Shown: positions 36,342 to 47,994, counted from the first letter of the whole stretch. The stretch: 63,991 nucleotides of DNA, filler included, from Octopus bimaculoides (GCF_001194135.2; 5 parts of 3 records of this genome joined end to end with filler, not necessarily neighbours in it); one strand, 5' to 3'. Notes: generated from the sequence alone by a model not told the origin. Translations and numbers: made by a program.

Positions 36342-36727
36342 TGAAGGTGCATGGCTCAGTGGTTAGAGCGTCGAGCTCAGTGGTTAGAGCGTCGAGCTCA
36401 GTGGTTAGAGCGTCGAGTTCAGTGGTTACGATCGCGAGGTTGTGAGTTCGAATCCCGGACCGGGTTGCGTGTTGTGTTCTTGAGCAAGACACTTTATTTC
36501 ACGTTGCTCCAGTTCACTCAGCTGTAGAAATGAGTTGCGACGTCACTGGTGCCAAACTGTATCGGCCTTTGCCTTTCCCTTGAATAACACTGGCGGCGTG
36601 GAGAGGGGAGACCGGTATAGATGGGCGACTGCTGGTCTTCCATAAGCAACCTTACCCGGACTTGTACCTCGGAGGGTAACTTTCTAGGTGCAATTTCATG
36701 GTCAGTCATGACCGAAGGGGGTCTCAG
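36342..36727 (+). mobile_element. tRNA-derived SINE (family C head, distinct 3' body) with tandem-amplified A-box unit
   Basis: (GCTCAGTGGTTAGAGCGTCGA)x3 plus a partial unit at 36354-36428, B box GAGTTCGAATCCC, CORE-like GTGTTCTTGAGCAAGACACTT. Confidence 0.88.
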
Positions 36728-36861
36728 CATATGTACGTCATCAAATGTACATGAAAATTATACGTATGCATATATACAGACATGTGTATGTGTGCTTGTG
36801 TGTGTGTGTGTTTGTTTGTGTGTTTATTTGTTTGTCTGTTTGTTTGTGTGTGTGTGTGTGT

Positions 36862-36909
<48 letters not shown>

Positions 36910-37419
36910 TCGTCAGAGATCAGATAACCAAGTATCTGCTACTGATAACCATATTAACCAACTCAACTTCTGCAATGTCGGTTTGTCACGACTAAACTGG
37001 CAACACCACCAAACCTACTTGTTGAATAAGATGATCTTTGGATACTCTGCAGAATTAAAAGCATGTCAAAGAACGTCAAAGTGTGGATAAGTTGACGAGT
37101 TGATATGATTGACAAAAAGCTTCTAAAGTTTTGTTTGACCTACTAAATTCGTCTCTCAATTTAACACCTCCAGCTGGTGATTGGGTACCTTCAGCGAAGT
37201 TCACTCTTCTCCAAGCATTTAGGCCAGTCTCCAGTTTGAGGATACCTTCCTCTTTTTCCTCCGAGTCTCGAGGGCTTAATGAAGGTTCTCGATTACTGCT
37301 TTCCCGCCTAATTAAACGAAACAGCTGTCCAATGAATGAATCTCGCTACGAGTGTAATTTTAACTAATTGAAATGTTTTGGTGCAGTAGATTAAAGTGTA
37401 GACATGGATCGTTTTGCGA

Positions 37420-37598
37420 CTACACAACTTCAGGTTCAGTTCCACAGTGCAGCATTTTGGGCTGGTTTTTTCTACTACAGCCCCGGCTGTCCAATACCTT
37501 GTGCGTGAATTTGGTAAACGATAACTGTATGGGAGCCCGCCGCGTGTGTGTTTGTGTGTGTGTGTGTGTGTGAGAGAGTGTGTGTGTGTGTGTGTGTG

Positions 37599-37631
<33 letters not shown>

Positions 37632-37850
37632 NNNNNNNNNNNNNNNNNNNNNNNNNNNNNNNNNNNNNNTGTGTGTGCGTGCGTGCTTTTATGTTTGTGT
37701 CTGTCACACACTCTCTGGTTGCTTGTCATCTGGAGTTGGTTTATTTAAGTCGCCGTAACAAGCGGTTGGGCAAAAGAGACTGATAGAATAAGTTTCAGGA
37801 TGGTGTTTCAGCATGGCCGCAGTTCAATGAGTGAAACAAGTAAAAGATAA
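37420..37850 (+). mobile_element. SINE family A, diverged
   Basis: GGTTCAGTTCCAC..TTTCTACTACAGCC..internal (TG)n/gap..CAGCATGGCCGCAGTTCAATGAGTGAAACAAGTAAAAG. Confidence 0.8.
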
Positions 37851-39249
37851 GACAACAAGTTAACACCAACCTCACCGGCAGGAGATAAGCGCTTCGATTT
37901 CTATCCCTAGCTCTGTATTAAGGTTATGGCCGTCCCTATCTACCGAACTTGTAATGAGTATTACAGAGTAAAAACAACTTACAGCTCTAAACAACTACAG
38001 CCACGGAAAACATATGAGTATGTTCATAAGCTTTCAGCGGTATCGTGTTCAGATTACATTCATGACGAATTAAAGAGGTTATTCGATCTTCCAGTACATA
38101 AACACATCTCCGATAATTCACACTAAGCCATTTTAAGAAAGGAAATACAAAGGAAAGGAAATACAAACTGGATAATTTATTCTCGATACAATATGTCTTG
38201 AAAAAATTGGGGAACGGTCACGACTGCAATGCTTTTGATCATAGGTCTGCTCGATTCAAGAAAACAAATGCTAAAGAACTACAACAACAACATTCGTTTC
38301 TAGGACACCTATTGCCAACGTAAAAGCAATATACCATTTCATGAATCTCAAAACTATGGACACATAAATTACCGCATTAACCAGTAAAACTTTGCGATGA
38401 GTATATAACACAGCGCGTCCATAAGAAATATAAACTCACGATTCTACAGTAATTGGGGTATCAATGATGTATATACATTTAGTATGTTACATAGATGGCT
38501 ATTTTAATTTAAATACCGCCTCAATTGCATATACCGGATTTATATTCGGTCGAGCAGCTGTTCGCAACGCCAGTGAATGTTTTATTCTTTGTTTCCTACA
38601 TCGGAAGCGACGAACTCCCGTGCAGATAAGCGGCGAGCTGCGAATACACGTCATCGAAAAGACTCCAAAAGGCCGAAATGCATCTGGTCTTCTCATTGGT
38701 GGCTGCTGGGGTAATGTATCGTCTCCATTTGATATTTATTGTTTTTAACACTGCACATCTGTAAAATATGTTATTTCAGGATTAATACCGCTGTAACTGG
38801 CCTATCAATGGTATATGTACATATACATATGAGTGTGTGTACATATATATATACTCACAGAGGAGGAGAAAGAGAACATCATTGGAACGACGTGCAACAA
38901 AAAAGATAATAGTTATATAAATCAAATTCTTCATTCGTGATTGTTAAATCTTTGTAATATGAAAGTTCTTTAACAAATGACCGTGGATATAGTAAACTAA
39001 AATTAGATTAGTACTTCATTCATTAAGCCTAAATTACATCAATATTTGATAATACTTAATAATGTAAACTAAATTAAATTAATATCCAATTGAAGTGTGT
39101 AATTTCTCGTGAAAAAGCTAATTACTTGAAAAATAACTTCTTCTAACAGCTTTCTATAAGAGATGAAACATTGATATAACATTAATAATCGAAAGAACGA
39201 ATAATATAAAAAGTAATATCAACGAAACTAATCATACACGTGACTTTGA

Positions 39250-39323
<74 letters not shown>
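39250..39323. repeat. (GAT)n microsatellite
   Basis: Seen directly; source of the poly-Met and poly-Ile ORFs. Confidence 0.98.
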
Positions 39324-40544
39324 AGCAAAAATACAATTTAAGCTACAACTCGCAAGAAATGGAGAATTATATGTGAAGATATTTTCCTTATTTATTCTTA
39401 GATATAGGATAACTGAAAAATTTCTTCGGAAAATCAGCAAAAATGTGTGAATGAAAACTGCTTCCATAGCTTAAAACTCTACTTCACTTCACTTCCTGGA
39501 GACTTGTAAATAGATAAACAAATAAGTAAATCTTGAATGAATGAATGAATAATTGAGAAAAGTAAGCGGAAATAGAAGTGAGAAATATGATATATATTTT
39601 ATTTTATTAATGTATTTTATATGATTAATTTACGTAGCATATATGGAATGAACTGGAAACAGTTAGGTGGAAAGTAAAAGATATCACTGAAGAACTGATA
39701 TTACTGAAAGAAATAGTTCAATACTGCATCTTTAAGTTAATATTGGGCGAATATTTATTCTCATTTTTCCTTCTAGTCAGTTGTCGAGCCGCAATTGTTT
39801 ATCGTTTATACCATGGTTGCAATGACTGCATATAAAATCTGCTGCATGATGTCGATACAGAGGGGAAATATAGATAAGGAAAGATAAGGTATATTAAAAA
39901 AAATAAGAAGAAAGAAATCCTGGATGATGTGCAGTGAGCGAGTTCGTGCAGAAATGTTGCGTAGCCAGCAAAATCTGAAAAGCAGTCTTCCATATTAATA
40001 ATTGAAGAAGCAAAGAAAGTATGTAATATGACGATGAGGAAGGAATTGAAAAATGTTTCAGTAACGGAAAGTTTTCTGTGTTAATGTATTTGGTATGTGT
40101 GTATTTGAGCCCTTATTACTATATCAAATCCTCGAAACTGAAGCTGTTGCTGGCTCTAATGAAATACATCCAAGTCTTCTTGTATGGACTAGATAATATT
40201 AATATAGGCTTTCAAAATGAAACTCAATATAGTGGCTCAGATTGTTAACGTTAATATCGTTCATAAAAAAAGGTACGATATGAAACATTTTGTTGTTGTT
40301 GTTAAACAACATGTTGAATCACTATTAGTAGAAGGTGATGATATTACTAAAGAAGACGATATTGTAAGCTCAGAAAATCATTGAAGAAAAGAAAAATAAG
40401 TGTCGCGAAGTGATAGATAGAGGATTAATAAGGATGAACTATGGAATATGAAAGTGCTTCGAATCCAGTTTATTAAATATTGGCAACTCCAAAACAAAAG
40501 AATTTAGCAAGAAGGCTATATTATGGCTCTTCCTAAACAAAAAA

Positions 40545-40774
40545 ACTCGGGTTCAGTCCCACTGCAAGACACTTTGGGCAAGTGCTTTCTACTATAGATC
40601 TGGGTCGATTAAAGCGTTGTAAGTGAATTTGGTTGACGGAAACCCTGTGGAAGCCCATTATATATATGTATGTATGTATGTATCTATCTATCTATCTATC
40701 TATCTATCTACTTATTTTTCTGTCTATTTATTTAACCCTGTATGTGTGCCTGTTTATGTATGCGTGTATATGTG

Positions 40775-40864
<90 letters not shown>

Positions 40865-41045
40865 ATTGCTTGACAACTGGTGTTGGTTTGTTTACGTCTC
40901 TATAACTTAACGGTTCAGCAAAAGAGAACGATAGAATAAGTATCAGACAAAAAAAAAAGTACCAAGGTTGATTTCTTTGACTAAAGCTCTTCAAATTGGT
41001 TCCCCCAGCACGAACGGAAATCCATGAGTGAAACAATTAAAAGAA
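40545..41045 (+). mobile_element. SINE family A (head truncated, long internal microsatellite)
   Basis: GGGTTCAGTCCCACTGC..GGGCAAGTG..(TCTA)n(TG)n..CTTGACAACTGGTG..GAGTGAAACAATTAAAAG. Confidence 0.85.
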
Positions 41046-41074
41046 GAAGAAAATGCTCAAGAGGTAAGAGATTC

Positions 41075-41530
41075 AACAGTTTGAATAAACTGAATCTGAA
41101 ATATACTGTTTGAAGATAATACTTAAGACATCCTTTGATGTGATTTCAAATCCCGCAAGGTTCGATTTTACCGTTCCTCTTTCTGTGGTCGATAAAATAA
41201 AGTACCAGTCAAACGGTGGAATTCTTAAAAATTCACTTTGTTGCTTGCCCAATTCTGGGAACTTGTAGCCTATGTTAGATATACTAGAATCAATATTTAG
41301 TGTACCTTCAAGGAGGCAAACTGGCAGAATTGTTACCACGCCGGGCAAAATGCTTAGCGGCATTTCGTCCGTCTTTGTGTTCTGAGTTCAAATTCTGCCG
41401 GGGTTAACTTTTGCCTTTCATTCTTTTGGGGTCGATAAAATAAGTACCAGTTAAACACGGCGCTCGATGTAATCGACTTAACCCTTCTCCTGAAATTACC
41501 GGCCTTATGCCAAAATTTGAAATCAATATT
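41075..41530 (+). mobile_element. Two head-to-tail SINE family B copies (second well preserved, 41310-41530)
   Basis: AAGGAGGCAAACTGGCAGAATTGTTACCACGCCGGGCAAAATGCTTAGCGGCATTTCG..GGCCTTATGCCAAAATTTGAAATC. Confidence 0.85.
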
Positions 41531-42319
41531 TAGGGTGCAGACATGATTGACATTTAAAAGAGAATCAAATACATCTTTTATTCGTTTAAATGACATCTGT
41601 GTCATTTAAAATACATATGCTGCGTGGTTATCTTAGATAAGTAATCAGAAAAGGATTTAATTAATTTGAGACATCATTTTACTTTTTGGAAATTCTTAAT
41701 AAAGGAATATAATGTGGAAGTTGAGTAAGCTAAGATAACAAGACAAACCTTATTGCTTGTAGACCTTGTTTAACCCCTGGTCATCTGTAATTGAGCAGAT
41801 ATATGATCAAAATGGGGGAAAATGTTTCACTCATGACGACCCTACTAATTTTTGTATCTAGGGTTATATTGTCCAGTGTACTCGTCCTTTTTCTTGTTTG
41901 TTTTTGACGATAGGGTATGGTTTGAGGGAGATTCGACTGCTATTTTTAGTAGGTCGTGTGAACACGTAGAGACCCAAAAGTTTTGTTTGTTTTCACGAAT
42001 CAAGGAAGGTATGAGTGCCGCTAAAAATTAAGGGAAGCTACATTTGAAGACAATCAAAATACACAATTGCAAGAACATCGTTTAGAATACCAAGATCTTC
42101 TTGGTAGTGTGATAAAGGAAAATCATATTTTGTATTCTAAACGATGTTCTTGTGGTGATTTTAGATAGCATTTGTGATATTTTCCGAATTTTCAAAGCCT
42201 TGTTATTTGATTGCATAGTAATATAATGTAAAAATGAGCGAAAACGAACACCTTAATGGCCCTGGTGAACTCCACAGGAATTATTGAATTCCTTCATAGA
42301 TGTTTAAATCAGTCAGTCA

Positions 42320-42505
42320 ACACCACTTGACAACCGGTGTTGGTGTGCTTACGTTCCAGAAACTTAGCGTTTCAGCAAAAGAGAAAGACAAAGTAGCAGG
42401 CTTTAAGAAAAATAAATCCTGGAATCGATTCGTTTGACTAAAGTTCTACATGGCGGTGTCAGCATGACCGCAATTCAGTGACTGAAACAAGTTAAAGACA
42501 AAAAA
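42320..42505 (+). mobile_element. SINE family A, 3' half
   Basis: CACTTGACAACCGGTGTTGGTG..CAGCATGACCGCAATTCAGTGACTGAAACAAG. Confidence 0.85.
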
Positions 42506-42509
42506 TAAA

Positions 42510-42689
42510 CCGCATTTTAACGTGTATAAGGAACCCTCGTGTATAAGGAACCCCCTAATTTTGTGGGCTTAAAATCTGGGAAAAATGGTTTTGTAAGGAA
42601 TTATAATGCTATCCATGTATAAGAGATTCCTATATTTTTTTAACCGAATTTTTGACAAAAAAGGGCTCCTTATACACGTTAAAATACGG
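42510..42689. mobile_element. 180-bp MITE, pogo/Tc2-like (CCGTA ends)
   Basis: TIRs CCGCATTTTAACGTGTATAAGGA / TCCTTATACACGTTAAAATACGG, with TA on the right flank. Internal duplication of CGTGTATAAGGAACCC. Confidence 0.8.
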
Positions 42690-42705
42690 TAGTTGTATAG
42701 AATAA

Positions 42706-43298
42706 GGATCTTTTTTAAAACAGGGGCCACATTTTTCATTAACGAAACACTTTGAAACTTGGAACACTGGTAGAATGTGTCATATAAAACATCTTTTTCT
42801 CTTAGTCTTCTTAAAAAAAAAAAGAAATCCCTAAGTTATTCCATGTTAAAGTTGTCGTATTTCTGTAATTTCAACCAATCAATGACGTCCATTCAGCTGA
42901 TATACATTAAGTGCCGACTACATAAACAAACGATTCTGAAACAATTCTATCGGTGATAGGGTTAGGGTAAAACAGCAAATTTAAAAGGAAAAAAGCAAAT
43001 AAAACGAAGAAAAAAAAAGAAAATGAAAAAAGCAAATTTAAAATGAAAAAAGCAAATAAAACGAAGCTATGGCTTAATCAGCCAAAGGAGTAAATATAAA
43101 CAACTGAATACTTGTCAGTGATTGGTTGAAATTATCGAAATAAGACAATTTTTTACAAGAAATAAATTCGAATACAAAAATATTTTTCTGTTCTATAACA
43201 CAAAATAGATAAGTATACGAAGTTTGAAAGTCTTTCGGTACCAAAAACACTACGTAAAACATTAATGAAAAATGTGGCCCCCGTTTTAAAAAAGATCC
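42706..43298. mobile_element. Merlin-like MITE, copy 1 (GGATC ends, 8-bp TSD)
   Basis: TIRs GGATCTTTTTTAAAACAGGGGCCACATTTTTCATTAA / TTAATGAAAAATGTGGCCCCCGTTTTAAAAAAGATCC; flanks TAGAATAA / TAGAATAG (7 of 8). Confidence 0.8.
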
Positions 43299-43618
43299 TA
43301 GAATAGTATTGTCAATGTATCCATTTTGTTATAACTAGGAATTTAATATGGGAGCTACGTAGGTGCTATTTCTAACAAGTTCAGCGTTGACCCATAAAAG
43401 GTGATATAATCTGAATGAGTATGCACAATAAGGATACATAGAACGTGTATACGCGCGCAAGTCATTGTCAAGCACAATATTGGACTAAATTCGAAGCAAC
43501 GAGTTATCGATCGAGCTCAATTCTCCCATTCAACTGAAACACTCAACAGTCTTAAAAATGAAAGGACCTATTGAACAGTATAATCTCAGCTTGTTATGTG
43601 CGTGTGTATGCGCCTGTA

Positions 43619-43654
<36 letters not shown>

Positions 43655-43725
43655 CCTCTGTGTGAGTGTGTGTGGGCATATGTTTAATATGTTGGTATAT
43701 CTTTTTCAATCAAATATTACATATA

Positions 43726-44070
43726 TAGGCGCAGGCGTGGCTGTATGATAAGAAGTTTGCTTCCAACCAGTTGGTTCTGGGTTCAGTCCCACTGCGTAGA
43801 CATTGGGCAAGTGTCTTCTACTATAGCCACGGAAATTAAAGGAAGCCCATTGTATGTGTGTGTGTGTGTGTCCCACATCACCGATTGACAACCAGGTTTG
43901 GTACGTTTACGTCCTTATAACTTAGCGTTATTCTATCCGCAAGAGGCTAATAGAATAAGTACCACGATTTTAAAAAATAGTACTAGGGTCAAGTCATTCG
44001 CTTAAAATTCTTAAAGTCGGTGCCCCAGCACGGCCACAGGCAAATGACTGAAACAAGTAAAAGATAAAAT
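43726..44070 (+). mobile_element. SINE family A with internal deletion
   Basis: AGGCGCAGGCGTGGCTG head..CTACTATAGCC|ACGGAAA (deletion)..GCACGGCCACAGGCAAATGACTGAAACAAGTAAAAG. Confidence 0.85.
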
Positions 44071-44725
44071 ACAAAATGTTTAATCTACCATAGCAGTTCA
44101 TTTTCAATTACTTTCTGTTAAGTATGTCGCTATTAATCTGACTATTTTATCTATAAACTAAGTCATGTGTTTATTTCTTCTACCTGTTTCAATTCGAAAT
44201 ACCGAACAGACGACTTGTCGTCTGTTTTTGGTGGTTTTCCTAGCCTGTTGATTATATTGTGAGACGAGTATTATTGTTTTGTTAACACGTTGACTCATTG
44301 TACTGTCTGGTTTATTGGAAGACAATTTCATTGAATCATCGTCAGCTTTGTTTAAGAATTCATATTATCAACACTATTATTATTATTATTATTATTATTA
44401 GTAGTAGTAGTAGTAGTAGTAGTAGTATCGTTGTTGTTATTGCTGTTATAATACTAATACTAATAAATAATTATTATCATCATCATCATCGTCATCATCA
44501 TTATTATTGATATTATTGTTGTTTTTGTTGTTGTTATTATTATTTGCCTGTCAGTGAACGGACAGTCTTTCAAATCGTAGTGCATTGTGCTTGGGATTGG
44601 TTCTTTTAAATCGGACCAACTGTTAAGTTCTATCCTACTAGTGTTAAATTATACCTACACTTCCACCCTCTGTTGCACGCCTTATACATACACGCGCTCA
44701 AGCTCTCACTCGCATCCAAATACGA

Positions 44726-44786
<61 letters not shown>

Positions 44787-44911
44787 CATCTTTCCGATTA
44801 CAAACGAATGAGAGTATTTAATACATTTTGTAGAGTTTATTATTTATTAGCAGCTGATAATGCGCTCCTTTGCTTGGTGGACTTTCTCGTCGGGATAATT
44901 TGTGTGTGTGC

Positions 44912-44964
<53 letters not shown>

Positions 44965-45144
44965 CGTGCGTGCGTTCGTGCGTGCATGCGCGCGCGCGCG
45001 AGTGCGTATGAATGAATGAATGTAGGCATGTAGATATGTATAATTATTGTGAAATCCCAATCAATTCGATTTTCACAGTAAATTTGATTCTACTCTCAGG
45101 ATAGAATCACTACAGTAAATTTTCGATTCTATTCTTAAACTTAC

Positions 45145-45979
45145 GGATCTTGTTCAAAACGGGGGCACCAGTTTTCATTTATGTTTTATGTAGTGTTTTT
45201 GGTACCGAAAGACTTTCAAACTTCGTATACTTATCTATTTTGTGTTATAGAACAGAAAAAAATTTTTGTATTCGAATTTATTTCATGTAAAAAATTGTCT
45301 TATTTCGATAATTTCAACCAATCACTGACAAGTATTCAGCTGTTTATACTTACTCCTTTGGCAGTTTAAGCGGTGTAAAGCGTATTTAATCTCCATTACT
45401 TCTGACATTTTGCAGAGAGGCAACACACGTGTGTTCNNNNNNNNNNNNNNNNNNNNNNNNNNNNNNNNNNNNNNNNNNNNNNNNNNNNNNNNNNNNNNNN
45501 NNNNNNNNNNNNNNNNNNNNNNNNNNNNNNNNNNNNNNNNNNNNNNNNNNNNNNNNNNNNNNNNNNNNNNNNNNNNNNNNNNNNNNNNNNNNNNNNNNNN
45601 NNNNNNNNNNNNNNNNNNNNNNNNNNNNNNNNNNNNNNNNNNNNNNNNNNNNNNNNNNNNNNNNNNNAGGTTTATTAGCTACTGCCAATATGCTTCAGCC
45701 ATTTTTTGACAAGGAAATAATAATTTTATCACCGCCTGAATCGTTTGAGAATCGTTTGTTTACGTAGTCAGCACTTAATGTATTCGGCTGAATGGACGTC
45801 AGTCATTGGTTGAAATTACAGAAATACGACAACTTTAACATGAAATAACTTGCGATGTACGTTTTTTTGTTAAGAAGACTTAGAGAAAAAGATGTTTTAT
45901 ATGACACATTCTACCAGTGTCCCAAGTTTCAAAGTGTTTCGTTAAGAAAATACTGGTGCCCCCGTTTTGAACAAGATCC
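45145..45979. mobile_element. Merlin-like MITE, copy 2, opposite orientation to copy 1, with an internal N gap
   Basis: TIRs GGATCTTGTTCAAAACGGGGGCACCAGT / ACTGGTGCCCCCGTTTTGAACAAGATCC; perfect 8-bp TSD AAACTTAC (45137-45144 and 45980-45987). Internal sequence nearly identical to copy 1. Confidence 0.88.
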
Positions 45980-46369
45980 AAACTTACTTTAAACTAATGA
46001 CCTTATTTTAACTACACACACACATATGTATGTATTTATGTATGTGTGTATCTCTTTCTCTCTCTCTTTCTCACTCTCTCTCTCTCTCACTCTCACTCTC
46101 TCTCTCTCCCTCTCTCCCTCTCTCTCTCTATAAACAATATATGAGTATATGCATATATATGTACATGTATGTACATACCTTCATCTACATGTACATATAG
46201 ATACATAACTGGGTACATGACGTGGCAAAAGAACATGGACAAAATGATAAACAAGGTACAACAAACAAGCAAGCCACATAGAAACATCTCCTTCATCAGC
46301 TGCCACCATTAAAACACCGGCGTTTCGAAGAATTAAGGCAGTACGCATCGTTGAAATGNNNNNNNNNNT

Positions 46370-46550
46370 AGTACCATTTCGCCATGTTAGATAGCTAGTG
46401 ACTAAAACTTTTCTGTTTTCTCTCCCTTTTTATTTCTGTGTTCCTTTCTGTCGAAGAGCGTAGAATCGAAACGTAAAAGACTTTCTCACTTCCCGAGCGT
46501 TAAACTAATACATCTGTTTGGTGTTTACACACCCGTCTTCGTCTTTTGTT
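46370..46550 (+). mobile_element. Short Penelope-type repeat, copy 5
   Basis: CCTTTCTGTCGAAGAGCGTAGAATCGAAACGTAAAAGACTTTCTCACTTCCCGAGCGTTAAACTAATACATCTG. Confidence 0.6.
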
Positions 46551-46569
46551 TTTTGGGTTTATATATATA

Positions 46570-47725
46570 TATATGGAAAAATAGTCAAGGTAGAAAATGC
46601 TCAAATGATATTATAAAAAACATTTTAGTACCGGTTTCGGTCATTGAGACTTTTTCAACTCTAAGTATGGAAAACAATTAAATTTTGGAAAAATTAAATA
46701 AAAAGTTTTTTAAAAGAATATTTGCATAGTATTCAAATACAAGGGGCATTTTCCTTGTTTCTGCTTGTCTCTGTCTCTCCTGTTTACTTTTGTGGGTTCG
46801 AGGTCGTTCTGAATTCTTGGTAGAGAAGAAGAAGGAAAGAATGCAGGAGTGGTATGATAGTAGTAGGATGTTAAATGGTCAAGTGCCCTGAAAGTGACTT
46901 GTGGATGGTAGTAGTCATTGAATTCTTGAGATATCTCTTTTGAATGTATTGTTTATAAAATGTGCGTAGGTGTTATTCTAAACAGCAATAGTAGTAACGT
47001 TAGGAAGAAGACGAAGAAGAAGAAGGAGAAAGAGAAGAAGAAGAAGAAGAAGAAGAAGAAGAAGAAGAAGAAGAAGAAGAAGAAGAAGAAGAAGAAGAAG
47101 AAGAAGAAGAATGCGGGATGGTATGATAGTAGTAGGATGTTAAATGGTCAAGTGACGTAAAAGTGGCTCACAGTGATTGGATCTGTTTTTAATGAATTCT
47201 TGGGTATCTCTTTTGAATGTATCATTTTTAATATTTGCGTGTATGTTATTCTAAGATCTTGGCGGATATGTCATTTGTTGTAGATGCGTTCAAAAGGGGT
47301 CTGTATTTTGTGATGAAGAAAGACTCTTTACTAATTCGTTGGCTACAGGTTGTATCGTCCTTGAAATGATAGAGGGGGAAAATTCTGAAGCTTGGATTTT
47401 TGTTATTGGCGCAAATGTCGATATGTTGGCTGAATGTTATTTTTCTTTTTTTCGGAATTTTGATGTGGGATTTGTGCAGAGCCTTCCTTTGACGTAGACT
47501 GTTTTTTGTTTGGCGTATGTATTGTTCTTGACACCCAGGGCAGGTTAGTGCATATTTCAGGTTCTCCGAAGCACATGTGAAGCTGCTTTTCACTGTGAAA
47601 CGTTGTCCCTGTTTGAAGGAGAACTCTGATCTCTCAATTAAATTGACGCATATCCCACAGTTGGGTCTTCCGCATTTTTTTACTGACGGCTTCTGTGTTG
47701 TTTGTTGAGCGTATTCGGGCTTGTG
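46570..47725 (-). mobile_element. Penelope-like element 3' part: Zn-knuckle plus GIY-YIG endonuclease ORF end, 3' UTR with a duplicated 140-bp block, and a degenerate hammerhead-like motif
   Basis: Open frame KKCGRPNCGICVNL..FTCASENLKYALTCPGCQEQYIRQTKNSLRQR..SQH..RISKESFFITKYRPLLN ending at 47246. Repeats at 46841-46980 and 47111-47255 flank (AAG)n. Motif TTGAAAAAGTCTCAATGACCGAAACCGGTA at 46625-46664. Confidence 0.88.
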
Positions 47726-47965
47726 TTAGGCTACGTGCTGGATACGTGCTCTCTCAAAAGTGTCGTTCCCTTCCTTAACCTGCTTCCTCCATCCGTGGCG
47801 ATGACAGGCATTGTTCTCCCAGTCAGTGTCCTGCATATCACAGGCCTTTAATGAGGACTTGACACAGTCCTTAAAGCGCAGCCTTGGTTTCTGCCGGAGT
47901 CTCCTTCCATTCACAAGTTCTCCATAGAGCATCTGTTTAGGAATCCTGCTATCCTTCATCAGACA
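47726..47965 (-). mobile_element. RTE-clade LINE ORF C-terminal fragment
   Basis: MKDSRIPKQMLYGEL..GRRLRQKPRLRFKDCVKSSLKAC..WENNACHRHGWRKQV, the typical RTE C-terminal signature. Confidence 0.88.
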
Positions 47966-47994
47966 ATTGAAAATAGATGTTTAAAAAAAAAATT

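Noticed and set aside
39924-39978. C/D box snoRNA-like ATGATG...CTGA
   Set aside because: Imperfect C box, no terminal stem and no obvious rRNA antisense element.
46280-46335. Minus-strand CGAAACGCCGGTG...CTGATGAAGG as a type II hammerhead
   Set aside because: Both core halves are present but helix I and helix II do not pair convincingly in this copy. It may still be a Penelope-related remnant.
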